DNA of 63,955 nt. Origin: Octopus sinensis. Lineage: Eukaryota. The notes under the pieces were generated by a model that was not told where the DNA came from, made no database searches, and saw only the letters and a program-made list of their open reading frames with translations. Position 1 is the stretch's first letter, and each line of letters starts with the position of its first letter. The stretch covers positions 15,872,001 through 15,935,955 of the forward strand of contig NC_043018.1 in NCBI RefSeq assembly GCF_006345805.1. The letters run 5' to 3'. Positions 36,500-49,409 of the stretch are shown piece by piece. The position numbers and the translations under genes are program-made.

Positions 36500-36690
36500 A
36501 TACCTTCGGAAAGCGGAGTAGATGAAACAGGGACAAGTGAAGAAGGGGAATATTCCTTATGTTGTATGTCTTGTTTCTCAGCTTTTTTTTTGTTGTTGTT
36601 TGAAAAAAGTTCGTTTCCATGTTTTTGTTTTTGTTTTCGTTTCTCATTGTGTTCAACGTTTTTTTAATGTCCTGTACGCATGTATATATA
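36500..36690 (+). mobile_element. Short dispersed element, possibly Penelope-pLTR-like (copy 1)
   Basis: Aligns to the reverse complement of 39640-39830; bounded by (TA)-rich tracts. Confidence 0.45.
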
Positions 36691-36721
36691 CATATATGTA
36701 TGTATATATTTATATATCATG

Positions 36722-36757
<36 letters not shown>

Positions 36758-36776
36758 ATACATGATATATAAATAT

Positions 36777-36807
<31 letters not shown>

Positions 36808-36885
36808 ATATATATATATTTAAAGATGTTTATACATATATATATGATGTATATATATATATATATTTGTGTGTGTGTTTATATA

Positions 36886-37076
36886 CAAGGTTCTACTGAA
36901 AAGTTCCTGGCTTTGAATAAAAGAAAATACAGAATTTTATTCAAGATATTCCCCTCTCAGTCCTTTAGATTTTTCAGCCTCTGTAAAAGTTCTCGGAAGG
37001 TTGAGCCTCCAACCGGGCCTTTCGCGATACTTTTAAGTCAGGGACTTAAAGCCGGGAACTTTACAGCACACCCTTG
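36886..37076. mobile_element. Tc1/mariner-type MITE
   Basis: Imperfect ~29-bp TIRs (CAAGG..CTGAAAAGTTCCTGGCTTT) with TA on both sides. Confidence 0.7.
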
Positions 37077-37079
37077 TAT

Positions 37080-37129
<50 letters not shown>

Positions 37130-37664
37130 TATATATACAGAGAGAGAGAGAGACACACACACACATATATAAATATATACATATATATAGATAAAATTCT
37201 TGAGCCTGTAGAGGACGGTTCGGGCGAGAATTTGAACCTGAGGTATCCTCGGTCCATGTAAATTCAGTGCATTGTTGCTGTTGATCTTGTTGCTCTGTGC
37301 TGATGTGCAGCCAATGTTGTTGTTCTTGTTTACCCACGCCTTTCACCCGCGCCATCACAATCCTCTGTGTTTCAGGGTATGTCAACTAAACTTTCTAACA
37401 TATCATCCCTCGTTTAAGACTATAACGTGTAAGTTGAGGGAAATTGGGCAACTATTTCTAGGAGTAGGTGGACAGGCCAGGTAGGAAATTTTTCACTAGC
37501 ACTGGTTCGTCTGTCTGTCTGTGTTTGTGTGTGTGTGTGAGTGTGTGTGTTAGTGCGTGTGTGACGTATGCCTCTCTAGTTATGTATATATATATATATA
37601 TAGTTGTGTAAAATCTTATTTACATTACACACTATGTAAACCCGCACACACACACACATACATG

Positions 37665-37888
37665 TGAGTGGGGTTGAAAAGTTCCTGGCATTTGGGTAAA
37701 AGAAAAGAGGGGTGAATCAGTCAATTATGGTTCTGTTCAACATATTCCTCTCGCAGATTCAGACACTTATTGCAGTGATCCTTCAGGCTTTCTAAGCCCT
37801 GTAAATAACTGAACTGGGAAGATAGGACCTCCAGCCAGGCCCTTCGCAACAGCCTTCGGGAAAGTCAGGAACTTTCAGCACACCCTCG
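37665..37888. mobile_element. Second copy of the same MITE family
   Basis: ttgaaaagttcctggc...aggaactttcagcacaccctcg|TA; the internal sequence aligns to 36886-37076. Confidence 0.65.
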
Positions 37889-38240
37889 TATATATATAAA
37901 TGTGTGTGTGTGTGTGTATTTGTATATACATATATACATATGTACACATACATTCAACATATGTGTGTGTGTGTGTGCGTGCTTGTGATATAGTTATGTG
38001 TATTTACGTATATGCACCGCATTGTACAATTTTGGACGTTAGATTCTTATGCGCATATATATACGTGTATACATTTATTATCTTCATATCTGTACGTATA
38101 TTTATAGACAGACAGACAGATATATAGATAGATAGATAGATAGATAGATAGACATCAGACAGACAGACAGACAGACGACAGACAGACAGACAACAGACAG
38201 ACAGACAGACCGACAGACAGACAGATATATAGATAGATAG

Positions 38241-38311
<71 letters not shown>

Positions 38312-39058
38312 CTTTATAGACAGACAGACACACTTAAACATACATGTACTATAACCTGCTAATTTGTGGTTTGCATGAGTGTTTGTATATATTGGTCTAT
38401 ACAAAACGATGTTGAACATTAATTGCATCTTGCGTAAGTGTGTATATAAGTGTAAGCATATACATGCATATATAGGTGCGTATGTCTTAATTACAAATTA
38501 TGTGTGAATGTGTGTATTCATATATATGTATAAAATAAGTAGACATACAAGAAATTATAAAATAGAACTTGCATACAAAATAATATATATATATATATAT
38601 TAGAAGAAATGAGGTAATCAGAAGATCGGATGGTTCATATTTATAGATATTTATTTATATATTACATTTTTTACATATATATATCATATCATTCAGATCA
38701 TATCATTCAGATTATTAGCGCTTTCTCCCATTCTAGTGGGGTTTTCAAATCAAATTATATATATATATATATATATATGGATGTATTTACATAAAGACGC
38801 GGACACACACACACTTGCACACACGCAGCTACAGCGGTGGAAGTTTGTGTGTGTGTGACCGAGAGAGAAAGAGCTGCTTCGGTATTAAACTACTAAAGTG
38901 TTTGCGTGTCAGTGTGAGCGCGTACAAGTGCGTTTGTTGGTATGAATGTTTTTATGCACATATCATGTGTGTGTGTGTCTGCATGTACTGCGTGTGTGTT
39001 CAAGCGTATTTGTTCGTACGTACATGCGCATATCTTTATGCAGAGTTGCATGGAAGCA

Positions 39059-39089
<31 letters not shown>

Positions 39090-39104
39090 ATATATTCCTT
39101 CGTT

Positions 39105-39338
39105 CTTTTATTCCTTTGATTGTCTCAGTCATTTTGACTGCGGCCATGCTGGAGCATCGCTTTAAAGGGTTTGTAGACGAAGAAATCGACCCGATTTCAG
39201 TTTCCGTCTACCAAATCCCATCTCACAAGGCTTTTGGTCGGCCCGAGACTATAGCAGAAGGCACTTACCCAAGGTGCCACGGAGTGGGACTGAACCTGGA
39301 ACCTTGAGGTTGGGAAGCAAGCTTCTTACCACGCCTGC
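39105..39338 (-). mobile_element. SINE family B, internally deleted
   Basis: Tail end (ttgactgcggccatgctggagca) is joined directly to the head. Confidence 0.6.
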
Positions 39339-39543
<205 letters not shown>

Positions 39544-39639
39544 TACATATATATATATATATATGATATATATATTATATAATATATGCATATATACATA
39601 CATATATGTACATACCTACATCTACATGTATATATACAT

Positions 39640-39865
39640 GCATATATGGATACAGGACATCAAAAAACGTCGAACACAATGAGAAACGAAAACATAAAAA
39701 CAAAAACATAGAAATGATACTTTTTTTTCGAACAACGAAAAAAAAATAGAGACACGGGACATACAACATAAAAAATATTCCCCTTCTTCAGTTGTCCCTG
39801 TTTCATCTACTCGCGTTTTCGAAGGTAGGGACCAGACGCGACTCAGTTGAAACAATCCTTCCCGC
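39640..39865 (-). mobile_element. Short dispersed element (copy 2), fused to the transposase relic
   Basis: Minus strand ccttcgaaaacgcgagtagatgaaacagggacaactgaagaagggg. Confidence 0.45.
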
Positions 39866-40700
39866 ACGTAGTAATCCCCGGAATTAGAATTGGATGAATT
39901 AGAAATCCAGAAATTGGGGCTGCTGAAGTCGTAGAAATTTTCCGACAACCATTTGTGACTCTTTCGAAACGTATGGCACGGATCCGCATTCTACTACTGC
40001 ACATATGGCCATCCAGCAGTGGCGCGCTCCAGCCGGTGTTTGACCCCTGTTTCCAGCAGCTTCGCATAGCCGTCTGAATTGAGCCAATGATCCTGTTCAA
40101 AAATGTGGAGCGGCATAGCGTAGCCCTCACTGGAGACACACCCAAAGACAATCACAGTTTGGTGGAACTTGGTTTTCCTGAAACGTGTTACACATGAATT
40201 GTAGGCAAGTCACTTGTTGTTCTGCGTGTTGCGCAGCTGGCCCGAGCAGAATTTATTTTAGCCTGAGAACAAGATCAGCCCCAGCTCACCATGATATCTC
40301 AACTTATTCAGGAGTTTCCTTACCTTCGTCAATCGGTTCTCCTCGCCTTGGCGGTCAAAATTTTCCCCATGAGCCTATTGAATGAATGGTAGCGAAGGTC
40401 CTTATTCTGTTTCTCTCGCCAAAGCCTGGATTCCTTCGCTCGGATCTTCTAGTATCTTATCCTGCAGTTGCTGTACGAATTTCGTCGTTCGGACGCAGTC
40501 AGAATTCCTGCTGTGTCCCTTCCAGCTGGACAGAGCTTCGTAGTCTCCGCTACATCTGTCCAGTTCACGTTTTACAGCCTTCAAAGAGCTTTGACCAGCA
40601 GTCGTGATGTTTGCGTTTTGAGATTCGGCGCGAATCATCATGATGCAGGTAACTCTTTTCCAATACTCAGATGACTCCCAGCCCCTCTATATCAGGTAGA
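39866..40700 (-). pseudogene. Decayed Tc1/mariner-superfamily transposase (maT/DD37D-like)
   Basis: Minus frames read MMIRAE...RNSDCVRTTKFVQQLQDKILEDPSEGIQALARE, TKFHQTVIVFGCVSSEG, PYVQ**NADPCH and SENFYDFSSPNFWISNSSNSNSGDYYV (degenerate WPPNSPDxNPxDY). Confidence 0.75.
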
Positions 40701-40826
40701 TATTTTCTCAATTACAATTTTAATCTTCATGCTCTTCAACGCCGTTGACTGTTTACCGATATCAAGATCTTCCAGAAAACAAAATGGAGCCATAACATAT
40801 CGTCAAATCTAGCAACACCATATGTG

Positions 40827-40859
<33 letters not shown>

Positions 40860-40919
40860 CTGCGTGTCTGTGTGTGTGAGTTTGTGTGTGCGTATGTGTG
40901 TGTGTGTCTGTGTGTGTGA

Positions 40920-40963
<44 letters not shown>

Positions 40964-40970
40964 ATAATGT

Positions 40971-41083
40971 GACAATTATTCGGTAGCCATGATAAAACTC
41001 CGTGTTTCGGATGTCGGGCCGGAAACCCACGCCGCCCCAACATCCGAAACTCGGAGTTTTATCATGGCTACTGAATAATTGTC
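40971..41083. repeat. Foldback hairpin: 52-bp arms (4 mismatches), 9-nt loop
   Basis: 40971-41022 pairs with 41032-41083; AT-rich pairing extends to about 40958/41099. Confidence 0.85.
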
Positions 41084-41163
41084 GCATATTATATTTACAG
41101 ATAAATTCCTCTATTTGCATAGTATTCTGATCTCTTCCATTCTTTTGTTGTCACACCATTTCT

Positions 41164-41198
<35 letters not shown>

Positions 41199-41279
41199 TA
41201 TATATATATATATCACACGCGCATGTATGTATACATGTATTACGTGTGTGAGTATAGATAGATAGATATATAGATATAG

Positions 41280-41320
<41 letters not shown>

Positions 41321-41321
41321 T

Positions 41322-41398
<77 letters not shown>

Positions 41399-41829
41399 GT
41401 TTGATATGATAGTTTATCAGTGAATATCTTCGGCGTCACTTTGCTTGAAATCGTTGCCAAATCTGTTTTAAATTGTAAGATGATTGCTAGTTTGGAGTGC
41501 ACATGTCTGTGTGTGTGAGTTTGTGTATGTGTGTGTGAGTTTGTGTGTGCGCGCGTGTGTATGTAAGTGTTTGCATATGTATACATTTAAACGTTTATAT
41601 TTAATATGATTTTCTTGTATTAGTGTATTCAAGTATGAGTGTGTATTGATGTTGTTGTCGTTGAGTAGACCCAGGTCATCTGTGGTCGAGCACTCCTCGT
41701 CTGTCATGCGCAAACTACAGATACAGTTTCCGTTTATATCAGGTTTCCCTCTAACAGAAGGCCAGGGGTGAATCTTATGAGCTCCTGGCTCGACTACCCA
41801 GGCCCGACACGCCCGGAGATTCTGGTGGT

Positions 41830-42060
41830 GGCCACAGCAGGGACATGAAACATGGAATCAGACGGAGCGTGTCATTTGCTTTTTTTTCTGCCCTTATTGC
41901 TAGTTGTGTCTATCTGAGCCGCAGGATTTGGGGTCGAATGAGGTCACTGAAGTTTAAGCTATTTCTGTGGATCTCTGATATTTTTGCCTTCCTCTGTCCT
42001 GAGATAAAAAGGTATTGTTCTGACTCTGGCTTTTTTGAGCTTACAAATTTGTATTTCCTT
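41830..42060 (-). mobile_element. Possible L1-like ORF2 linker remnant
   Basis: Minus frame KLKKARVRTIPFYLRTEEGKNIRDPQK resembles the L1 endonuclease-RT linker; short and frameshifted. Confidence 0.3.
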
Positions 42061-42140
42061 AGTTATTGATTGTCTATCTATAGAGAGGGTTCAAAACCAA
42101 CCATCAGTTTCCCGACTAAGTTTCTCTGAAATATATAAAA

Positions 42141-42540
42141 CTAGCAGTATCGCCCGGCGTTGCTCGGGTTTGTAAAAGAAATAACTATATAAGCATTTGT
42201 AGAGAGTTATAGCCAAAAAATAGCAAAAAAATGCATTAAAAATGGGAAAAAAATGATGGTAAATTTTTTTTAAATCGTTGACTCATCGTAGACATTTTTA
42301 GAGAGTTTCTTCCCTTATATAATAGCGAAAAAATGCATTAAAATGGAAAAAAATGATGGTAAATATTTTTTTTTAAATCGTAGACTCATCGTAGACGCGC
42401 GCTAATACCCAAGGGGCTCGATATGAATCACGACTATAGATACCCGGTTTTGGTTAAACTGCACCGCAAAATATGGGAGTAGTTAGGAATCTAAATCGTA
42501 GGAGACCGACACCACACAACCTCACTTTTATATATAACGA
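42141..42540 (-). mobile_element. Non-autonomous Helitron, 400 bp, same family as 723-1023, with an internal ~100-bp duplication
   Basis: Same termini (TC...hairpin...CTAG, A|T target) and body. The segment 'agcatt..tagagag...atgcattaa...gatggtaaa...tcatcgtagac' occurs twice. Confidence 0.85.
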
Positions 42541-42895
42541 TTAATTTGTTTGATCTACCAATGTGGATGTGTTGCATCATGACGTTGTTGTTGTGGCTGC
42601 TGTTTTTGCTCCTATTCCTAAATACTCTCTTTAATAATACTTTGGTGATTTTTTTTTTTTTTGATAATTCACACTTTTTTTTTCTCTAAGTTTATTTCTT
42701 TCCTTTGTCTTCTTCATCAGTCATTTGATGTTCAGTTTTATTTTCGTTGTCTGCGGTTTCAGTGCAACGGTGGTCGCAGCTTTTACGAGCTGAGGTATTC
42801 CTGCTCTGTAATTAAGATTGTATATTTATGTTCCCTTCTGGATATATAAGTTTTCATGCATTTATAATTTTGTTGAGTATATATCTTCGATCTAC

Positions 42896-42945
<50 letters not shown>

Positions 42946-42992
42946 GTCTATCTATCTATCTATCAATCTATCACTCTATCACTCTAACTATA

Positions 42993-43025
<33 letters not shown>

Positions 43026-43054
43026 GCACACATACACAAAATACATGCATGCAT

Positions 43055-43275
43055 AGGAGCACTCCGTCGGTTGCGACGACGTGGGTCCCAGCTGATACGA
43101 TCAACGAAACAGCCTGCTGGTGAAATTAACGTGCAAGTGACTGAGCAATCCACAGACACACGTACCCTTAACATAGATAGTTCTCAAGGGGATTCAGCGT
43201 GACACAGAGTGTGACAAGGCCGGCCCTTTGAAATACAGGCACTACTCATTTTTGCCTGCTGAGTCCACTCAGCTG
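43055..43275 (-). mobile_element. SINE fragment, tail T1
   Basis: Reverse complement of 235-405. Confidence 0.7.
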
Positions 43276-43492
43276 GCAAAAATGTATACATGCATACATA
43301 CATACAGCCGAATAAAGAAAATTTGGAGCTTAAAACTCTCTGCATTCAATAAAACAAGTATTATTAAACCTCAGGAAAAGCGGTTACATATATTCTTACA
43401 AACATACACGCATGTATGTACACACACATACTTACATGCACACGCATGCACGCACACACACACACATATATGTATACATGTGCAAAAATGTG

Positions 43493-43557
<65 letters not shown>

Positions 43558-43949
43558 CTCATGTCAAGTCTTAAAAAAACTTGAAGAATAAACTGGAGAA
43601 TTGGTCAGTACTTTATAGTAGGGTACTTGTTTATATTTTTAGAAACAGTGGCATGGCAGTGACTTCGAAGTCATTCTCACTCTTATTATAAAAATGTTAT
43701 ATGTATGTGTGTTTGACGTGTATACATGTGTGTGTGCATGTTTATATGTATATGTTTGTATACACACACATACAGATATATATATGTTTAAGTATGCATG
43801 TATATAATTGTAGAAACGACGTTACGCCACCGGAAAGCGAAATCGCGTCGACTATTTCGAGTCTTATTATTCATTCAATCAGTGATTGGTTATTTTTGCC
43901 CTAATCCAGAAGTTTCTAGAGTACTCTTTTGTCCGAGTATGAATCTACC

Positions 43950-44295
43950 TTCCTTAAAATCCTTTAAAATGTTTTAGCCCGAAGGCCGCGGCCATGCTGG
44001 GGCACCACCGCTGAATGAGCTACACTAATATGTGAATCCACCTCTGATACGTGGCACTTGATCAACAAGGGAGTTCGATGCTGCTGCCCGCATCTGCGTC
44101 TCCTGCCGTGAGGTAGGTTCATCTGGGACTCCCGACAAGAAGAGATCCAGTTTAGTTTTAAAGAAACCCACATCCACACCATGTAAGTCTCTCGGGCATT
44201 TAGGGAGGATGTTAAAGAGCTATGGTCCTCTGAAACCCAAGCTGTTGCAGTATCTGGACCTGTATCTTGATGGTGATGTTGGAATCTTTGGCACC
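43950..44295 (-). mobile_element. CR1-group LINE 3' end including 3' UTR
   Basis: Minus frame reads PSRYRSRYCNSLGFRGP*LFNILPKCPRDLHGVDVGFFKTKLDLFLSGVPDEP, followed by a short UTR with a terminal stem-loop. Confidence 0.75.
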
Positions 44296-44587
44296 TTAAA
44301 TAACGATAACTTTTAATTTTGTGTGGGATTTAAGAATGGATTTATGATTTTGTATAAGTTTTGAATAAAATTCTAACTTCAGTATTTGTGATTCTAAGGG
44401 AACATATGTGACTTCAAAACAAAATATCGATTTTTTTTTGTCTGTATAACAAGTCATTTCAAAATGAGAATAGTGACACCAATATGCAACATGACACTTC
44501 AAAATGATAATATGAATTTCAAAGTGAGCATCTGTCACTTAAATGCTAAGTCCTTTGGCTCAATTATGTAATGTAATCTGGAATTGT

Positions 44588-44922
44588 GAAGGCACATGGC
44601 TCATTGTTTAGAGCGTCGATCTTACGATCGTGAGGTTGTGAGTTCGAGTCCCGGACCGGGCTGCGTGTTGTGTTCTTGAGCAAGACACTTTATTTCACGT
44701 TGCTCTAGTTCACTCATCTGTAGAAATGAGTTGCGATGCCACAAGTGTCAAGCCGTATCGGCCTTTGCCTTTCCTTTGGATAACACTGGTGGAGCTGACA
44801 GGGGAGGCTGGTATGCATGGGCGACTGCTGGTCTTCCATAAACAACCTTGCCCGGACTTGTGTCTAGGAGGGTAACTTTCTAGGTGCAATCCCATGGTCT
44901 GTGTCGTGACCGAAGGGGGTCT
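44588..44922 (+). mobile_element. SINE family D, full length
   Basis: Aligns end to end with the reverse complement of 16815-17142. Confidence 0.75.
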
Positions 44923-46189
44923 CAGAAGTCTGGGATACTTTAACATGTGCTGTTAAAATAAGTATTAGTGTTAGAAATGGAAAGCTATAATCAAATGTGT
45001 TATTTCCAACAGAAACACCAATATTTTGGAATTATGTTTTCTTAAAATCTACAGATGTGTGTGACTTCGAGAATGGTATCGTAAGACGAATGAGATTTGG
45101 AGGAGCAGAGCGTCACCTAATTCTTTAAAAATTAAAGTGCTTATTCTGTGGACGGTGTTTGTATTAATATCTGCCATAGAAGCAGGAAGTGGATGTGGAA
45201 CAAAAAAGATTGCAGTTCTTTATGTCGCCTGCAATCAACTAAAGATCTTGAATAGAACTAGAACGGTCTTGCTCAATCTATAGGCATTCATTGAAAGTCT
45301 ACAAATAGAATCAGTTTAGATATTTAAAGGCAAGAACACGACCAACATACACTGTTGGTTATAAGCAAATACATAAGAATCCCTCCATTTTGCAGAACAC
45401 AATAAAAGATTGACGTAGACCACAGCATCCACTTGTAAGAGTCGCAATTCAAAGTCTTTAGATATCATGCTGATAACAAGAAGAAATTGCTGGTTCCCCT
45501 ACAAAAAGATAGTAATCGATATCTACCGCTAATTTTGGACGTGAATTTGCCACTTAGCATTTGATGACTGTTATTCTCTCTGGAAAACCAGCAATATTTT
45601 GTGGATGAATATAGCTTTAATCTCACACTACCAGTATCTCTGGTTGGCCCTTCAGAGTCGAGCACGCAGTTGGATCTATTCCAAAACAGCGAGAAAGAAT
45701 CTGAATAACATTATTAGAGTTATATCAATTACAGAGGGACTTCTCGCGTATTATGCTAATGTGTTTAAGGCGCAGTTTGCAAAAGTTTCTGCTCCATTTA
45801 GCTTGACATTTTCCATATCAGAAATATATTTACACATTCAATATTTCCCCCATGCATCATGGATCGAAGTTTCCATTTAAGATATCGACAGTTATTACCT
45901 GAAACACCCACCAATGTATTGATTTACAATTAGTCCCGTAATGGAATATCTTGCGTGTAAAAGATGCGCAATAAAAGAGGAAATTTGCTTGGCAGATATG
46001 TGTACCGACGTGACGAAAAATCCTACAGGTGTAATGAAATCCAAACAGCAAGATAATATTTTTTCAGAAAATTAGCTTTGGGTAACATTGCTGTATTTAT
46101 CAATGAAATATGGGAAAGTAATATAGTAAGATTTTCTTTTGTCCGATTACTTGGCTGAGTAAAACTTTAAAATGGCTAAACAACTTCAT

Positions 46190-46565
46190 ATTGTTATTAT
46201 AGCAGAAACATTAGCACGCCGGGCGCATTGCTTTGCGTTATTTCGTCTGTCTTTATGTTCTGAGTTCAAATTCCGCCGAGGTCGACTTTGCCTTTCATCC
46301 TTTCAGGGTCGATTAAATAAGTACCAGTTGCGTACTGGGGCCGATCTAATCGGCTGGCCACCCTCACTCAAGATTTCGGGCCATGTGCTTAGAGTAGAAA
46401 AGAATATAGGATGCTTCTAAGGCGGTAAGATGGCAGATTTATTAGTGCCCCGCACAAAATGCTTAGCGGTATTTCGTCTGCCGCTACGTTCTGAGTTCAA
46501 ATTCCACCGAGATCGACTTTGCCTTTCATCCTTTCGGGATTGATAAGTTAAGTACTAGCCTTGTG
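46190..46565 (+). mobile_element. Two family C SINEs in tandem
   Basis: Two cores, at about 46270-46330 and 46500-46555. Confidence 0.7.
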
Positions 46566-46964
46566 CCTATAGTATGCTTCGATATTGTTTAAAATCATTG
46601 TAATCATCTCGAAGTATAGAGTCCCATTTTAAATTCATTATTTTCACTTCGAACTTGTCTCAAATATGGCCGCTTCAATAACAAAGATTTAGATCGATCA
46701 CTCGCTCCGTTCCTCGAGAGAGATTAATATTCTGGCGCAAACATGATGAAGTTTTCATTTCCAGCACTTGTCTGGAATGTGTTTACCAAAGACAAATGAC
46801 TCGTGATTTTATCTTACATTCTAAAACCCACAGAGGCACACACAAATGTGTGTGTGTGTGTATGTGTGGATGTGTGTATATGCATGTGTGTATATGTTAT
46901 ATGTACCTATATGTGTGTATATATATATGTATATATGTATATATGTATGTATATATATCTATAT

Positions 46965-47022
<58 letters not shown>

Positions 47023-47127
47023 GTATTTATGTATAAGTTCAGTAAAAATTTAGATTCAGATGAATATGGTACTTAAGTCGAGGCACTAGAATTTAGTATA
47101 CGGTATTATCCATACATTTCAAAATGA

Positions 47128-47413
47128 GTGATTAAAATCAAAATAAGCAACAAAGATATCCAGAGGTAATGCGTACGATCGTTTCATGCGACTCCATGTT
47201 CTTTGTCTATCTGCTTAACTTCTTGGAGATCTTAGGTAAAATTATACTACTGTGTCCTCATGTTCTACTTTAATTAACGTGCAGCTGATGATTGCTCTAT
47301 ATTTTAAATTGATGTAATGAAATGATTGCATCATTCAAGTAAATGGAATCGCATGAAACGTTGTACTGCATTACCTCTGGATATCCTTGTTGCTTATTTT
47401 GATTTTAATCACC
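47128..47413. mobile_element. MITE with ~70-bp TIRs (copy 1)
   Basis: gtgattaaaatcaaaataagcaacaaagatatccagaggtaatg... and its reverse complement at the other end. Confidence 0.75.
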
Positions 47414-47418
47414 ATATT

Positions 47419-47449
<31 letters not shown>

Positions 47450-47715
47450 ATGTGTGGGATTGTGTGTATATGCATGTGTGTATATGTATATATGTACCTA
47501 TATGTGTTGTAATAATATGTATATATGTATATATGTATGTATATAATCTATATCTTTATATATTCATATATTATATATATTATTATATATATATATATAT
47601 ATATATGTATATGTATTTATGTATAAGTTCAGTAAAAATTTAGATTCAGATGATATGGTACTTAAGTCGAGGCACTAGAATTTAGTACGGTATTATCCAT
47701 ACAATTTCAAAATGA

Positions 47716-48005
47716 GGTGATTAAAATCAAAATAAGCAACAAAGATATCCAGAGGTAATGGCAGTACGATCGTTTCATGCGACTCCATGTTCTTTGTCTA
47801 TCTGCTTAACTTCTTGGAGATCTTAGGTAAAATTATACTACTGTGTCCTCATGTTCTACTTTAATTAACGTGCAGCTGATGATTGCTCTATATTTTAAAT
47901 TGATGTAATGAAATGATTGCATCATTCAAGTAAATGGAATCGCATGAAACGATCGTACTGCATTACCTCTGGATATCCTTGTTGCTTATTTTGATTTTAA
48001 TCACC
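47716..48005. mobile_element. MITE with ~70-bp TIRs (copy 2, inside the tandem duplication)
   Basis: Near-identical to 47128-47413. Confidence 0.75.
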
Positions 48006-48010
48006 ATATT

Positions 48011-48072
<62 letters not shown>

Positions 48073-48569
48073 CATATATACATATATACACACACATATA
48101 TATATATGTGTGTGTATGTATGTTTGTATGTATTAATGTATGCATGCATGTAAGTATGTATGTCCAATTTCATGCTTGTGGTGCTACTACTTCTTCGCTT
48201 CTTCTTTTCCCAACGGACGTGAATTCTTCGCGGTCACCTCCAAACAAACACAAAATACGATTTATCATCCACCGTTTCAAAACAACCCCAAACATCTGAT
48301 GTGCAGTGCTGCAATATTGATTAATTATTGCAATCATTTTGTGTGGTTATCACCTGCTTTGAGGTGCAAATTAAGAAAACCAATTAAATTCTGTTTGGGT
48401 CTGTGTAAAGATAGAAAAATACAAACTGCGGTTTAACCAGTGAGTTTGCTTTGATGTTAAGTTGCGACTATAATAGTGATAATTGTATGTATGTTTGTAT
48501 GTGTATGTGTATGGTTCTATGAATATTTGTGTACACGTACATGGATACACATACATATATATGTGTATA

Positions 48570-48638
<69 letters not shown>

Positions 48639-48669
48639 AAAATATGCATACAAACACATACATATAGAG

Positions 48670-48889
48670 CAGTGCTTTTCAACCTTTTTGCTGGAGCGGA
48701 ACCCCAAGAAAATATTCCACTGGCTCGAGGAACCCCTGTGCAATAATTTAATAGTCTTATGCACACATATCTGCACAGGAGAATTAAAAATTACTGTCGG
48801 TTTTAGCATTTTTGTAACTTCTTGCGGGAACCCCTGGACTTTACTGGTGGAACCCTAAGGTTCCGCGGAACCCTGGTTGAAAACCACTG
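48670..48889. mobile_element. hAT (Charlie-type) MITE, 220 bp
   Basis: TIRs CAGTGCTTTTCAACC / GGTTGAAAACCACTG and a perfect 8-bp TSD ATATAGAG (48662-48669, 48890-48897). Confidence 0.9.
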
Positions 48890-48904
48890 ATATAGAGGCA
48901 CATA

Positions 48905-49285
48905 CACGACTGTGCGGTTAAGAAGCTTGTTTACCAACTACGTGGACTTCATTTCAGTCCTGCCGTGCAGCTGTTTGGGCAAATGATATCTATAATAGCC
49001 CCGGGCCGACCAAATCCTTGTGAGCGGATTTGGCGACGAAAGCTAATAGGAGCTGGTCGTATGTATAAGCAAACATCTTTTTCTGTGTGTTTATGTTGAT
49101 TTGTATCCCGCCACCCCTTCACAACCGGTGTTCATTCGTTAAAGTCTCGGTAATTTAAGGGTCCAGCACAAAATACCGATAGATGAGATACCATGCTTAA
49201 AAATTACGTATTGGGATCGATTTCTCGGGATAACCGATCAAGACGGTGACCCAGCATGGCCGCTGTCCAATGACTGATAAAAGAA
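48905..49285 (+). mobile_element. SINE family B, old diverged copy
   Basis: gcggttaagaagcttg...gggccgaccaaatccttgtgag...ccagcatggccgctgtccaatgactg. Confidence 0.55.
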
Positions 49286-49409
49286 AAAATACTGTTGAGA
49301 TTTATGTGTTTTCAGTTGTTTGTTTTAGTTTTAAAACAGAGGCATCGATGCTTATACTGTTAAATATATTACTGCTGTTCACTGTAGTCACCGAAGAGAA
49401 TGAAACAGT

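Larger units (their letters stand above)
46845..48025. repeat. ~589-bp direct tandem duplication
   Basis: Unique sequence and MITE repeated with period ~589; breakpoints lie in (TG)/(TA) tracts. Confidence 0.85.

Noticed and set aside
45040-46070. Repeat-free island with coding-like stretches
   Set aside because: Stops occur in all frames and I recognise no family motif. A tBLASTx/HMM search would be needed to call it a pseudogene or viral relic.
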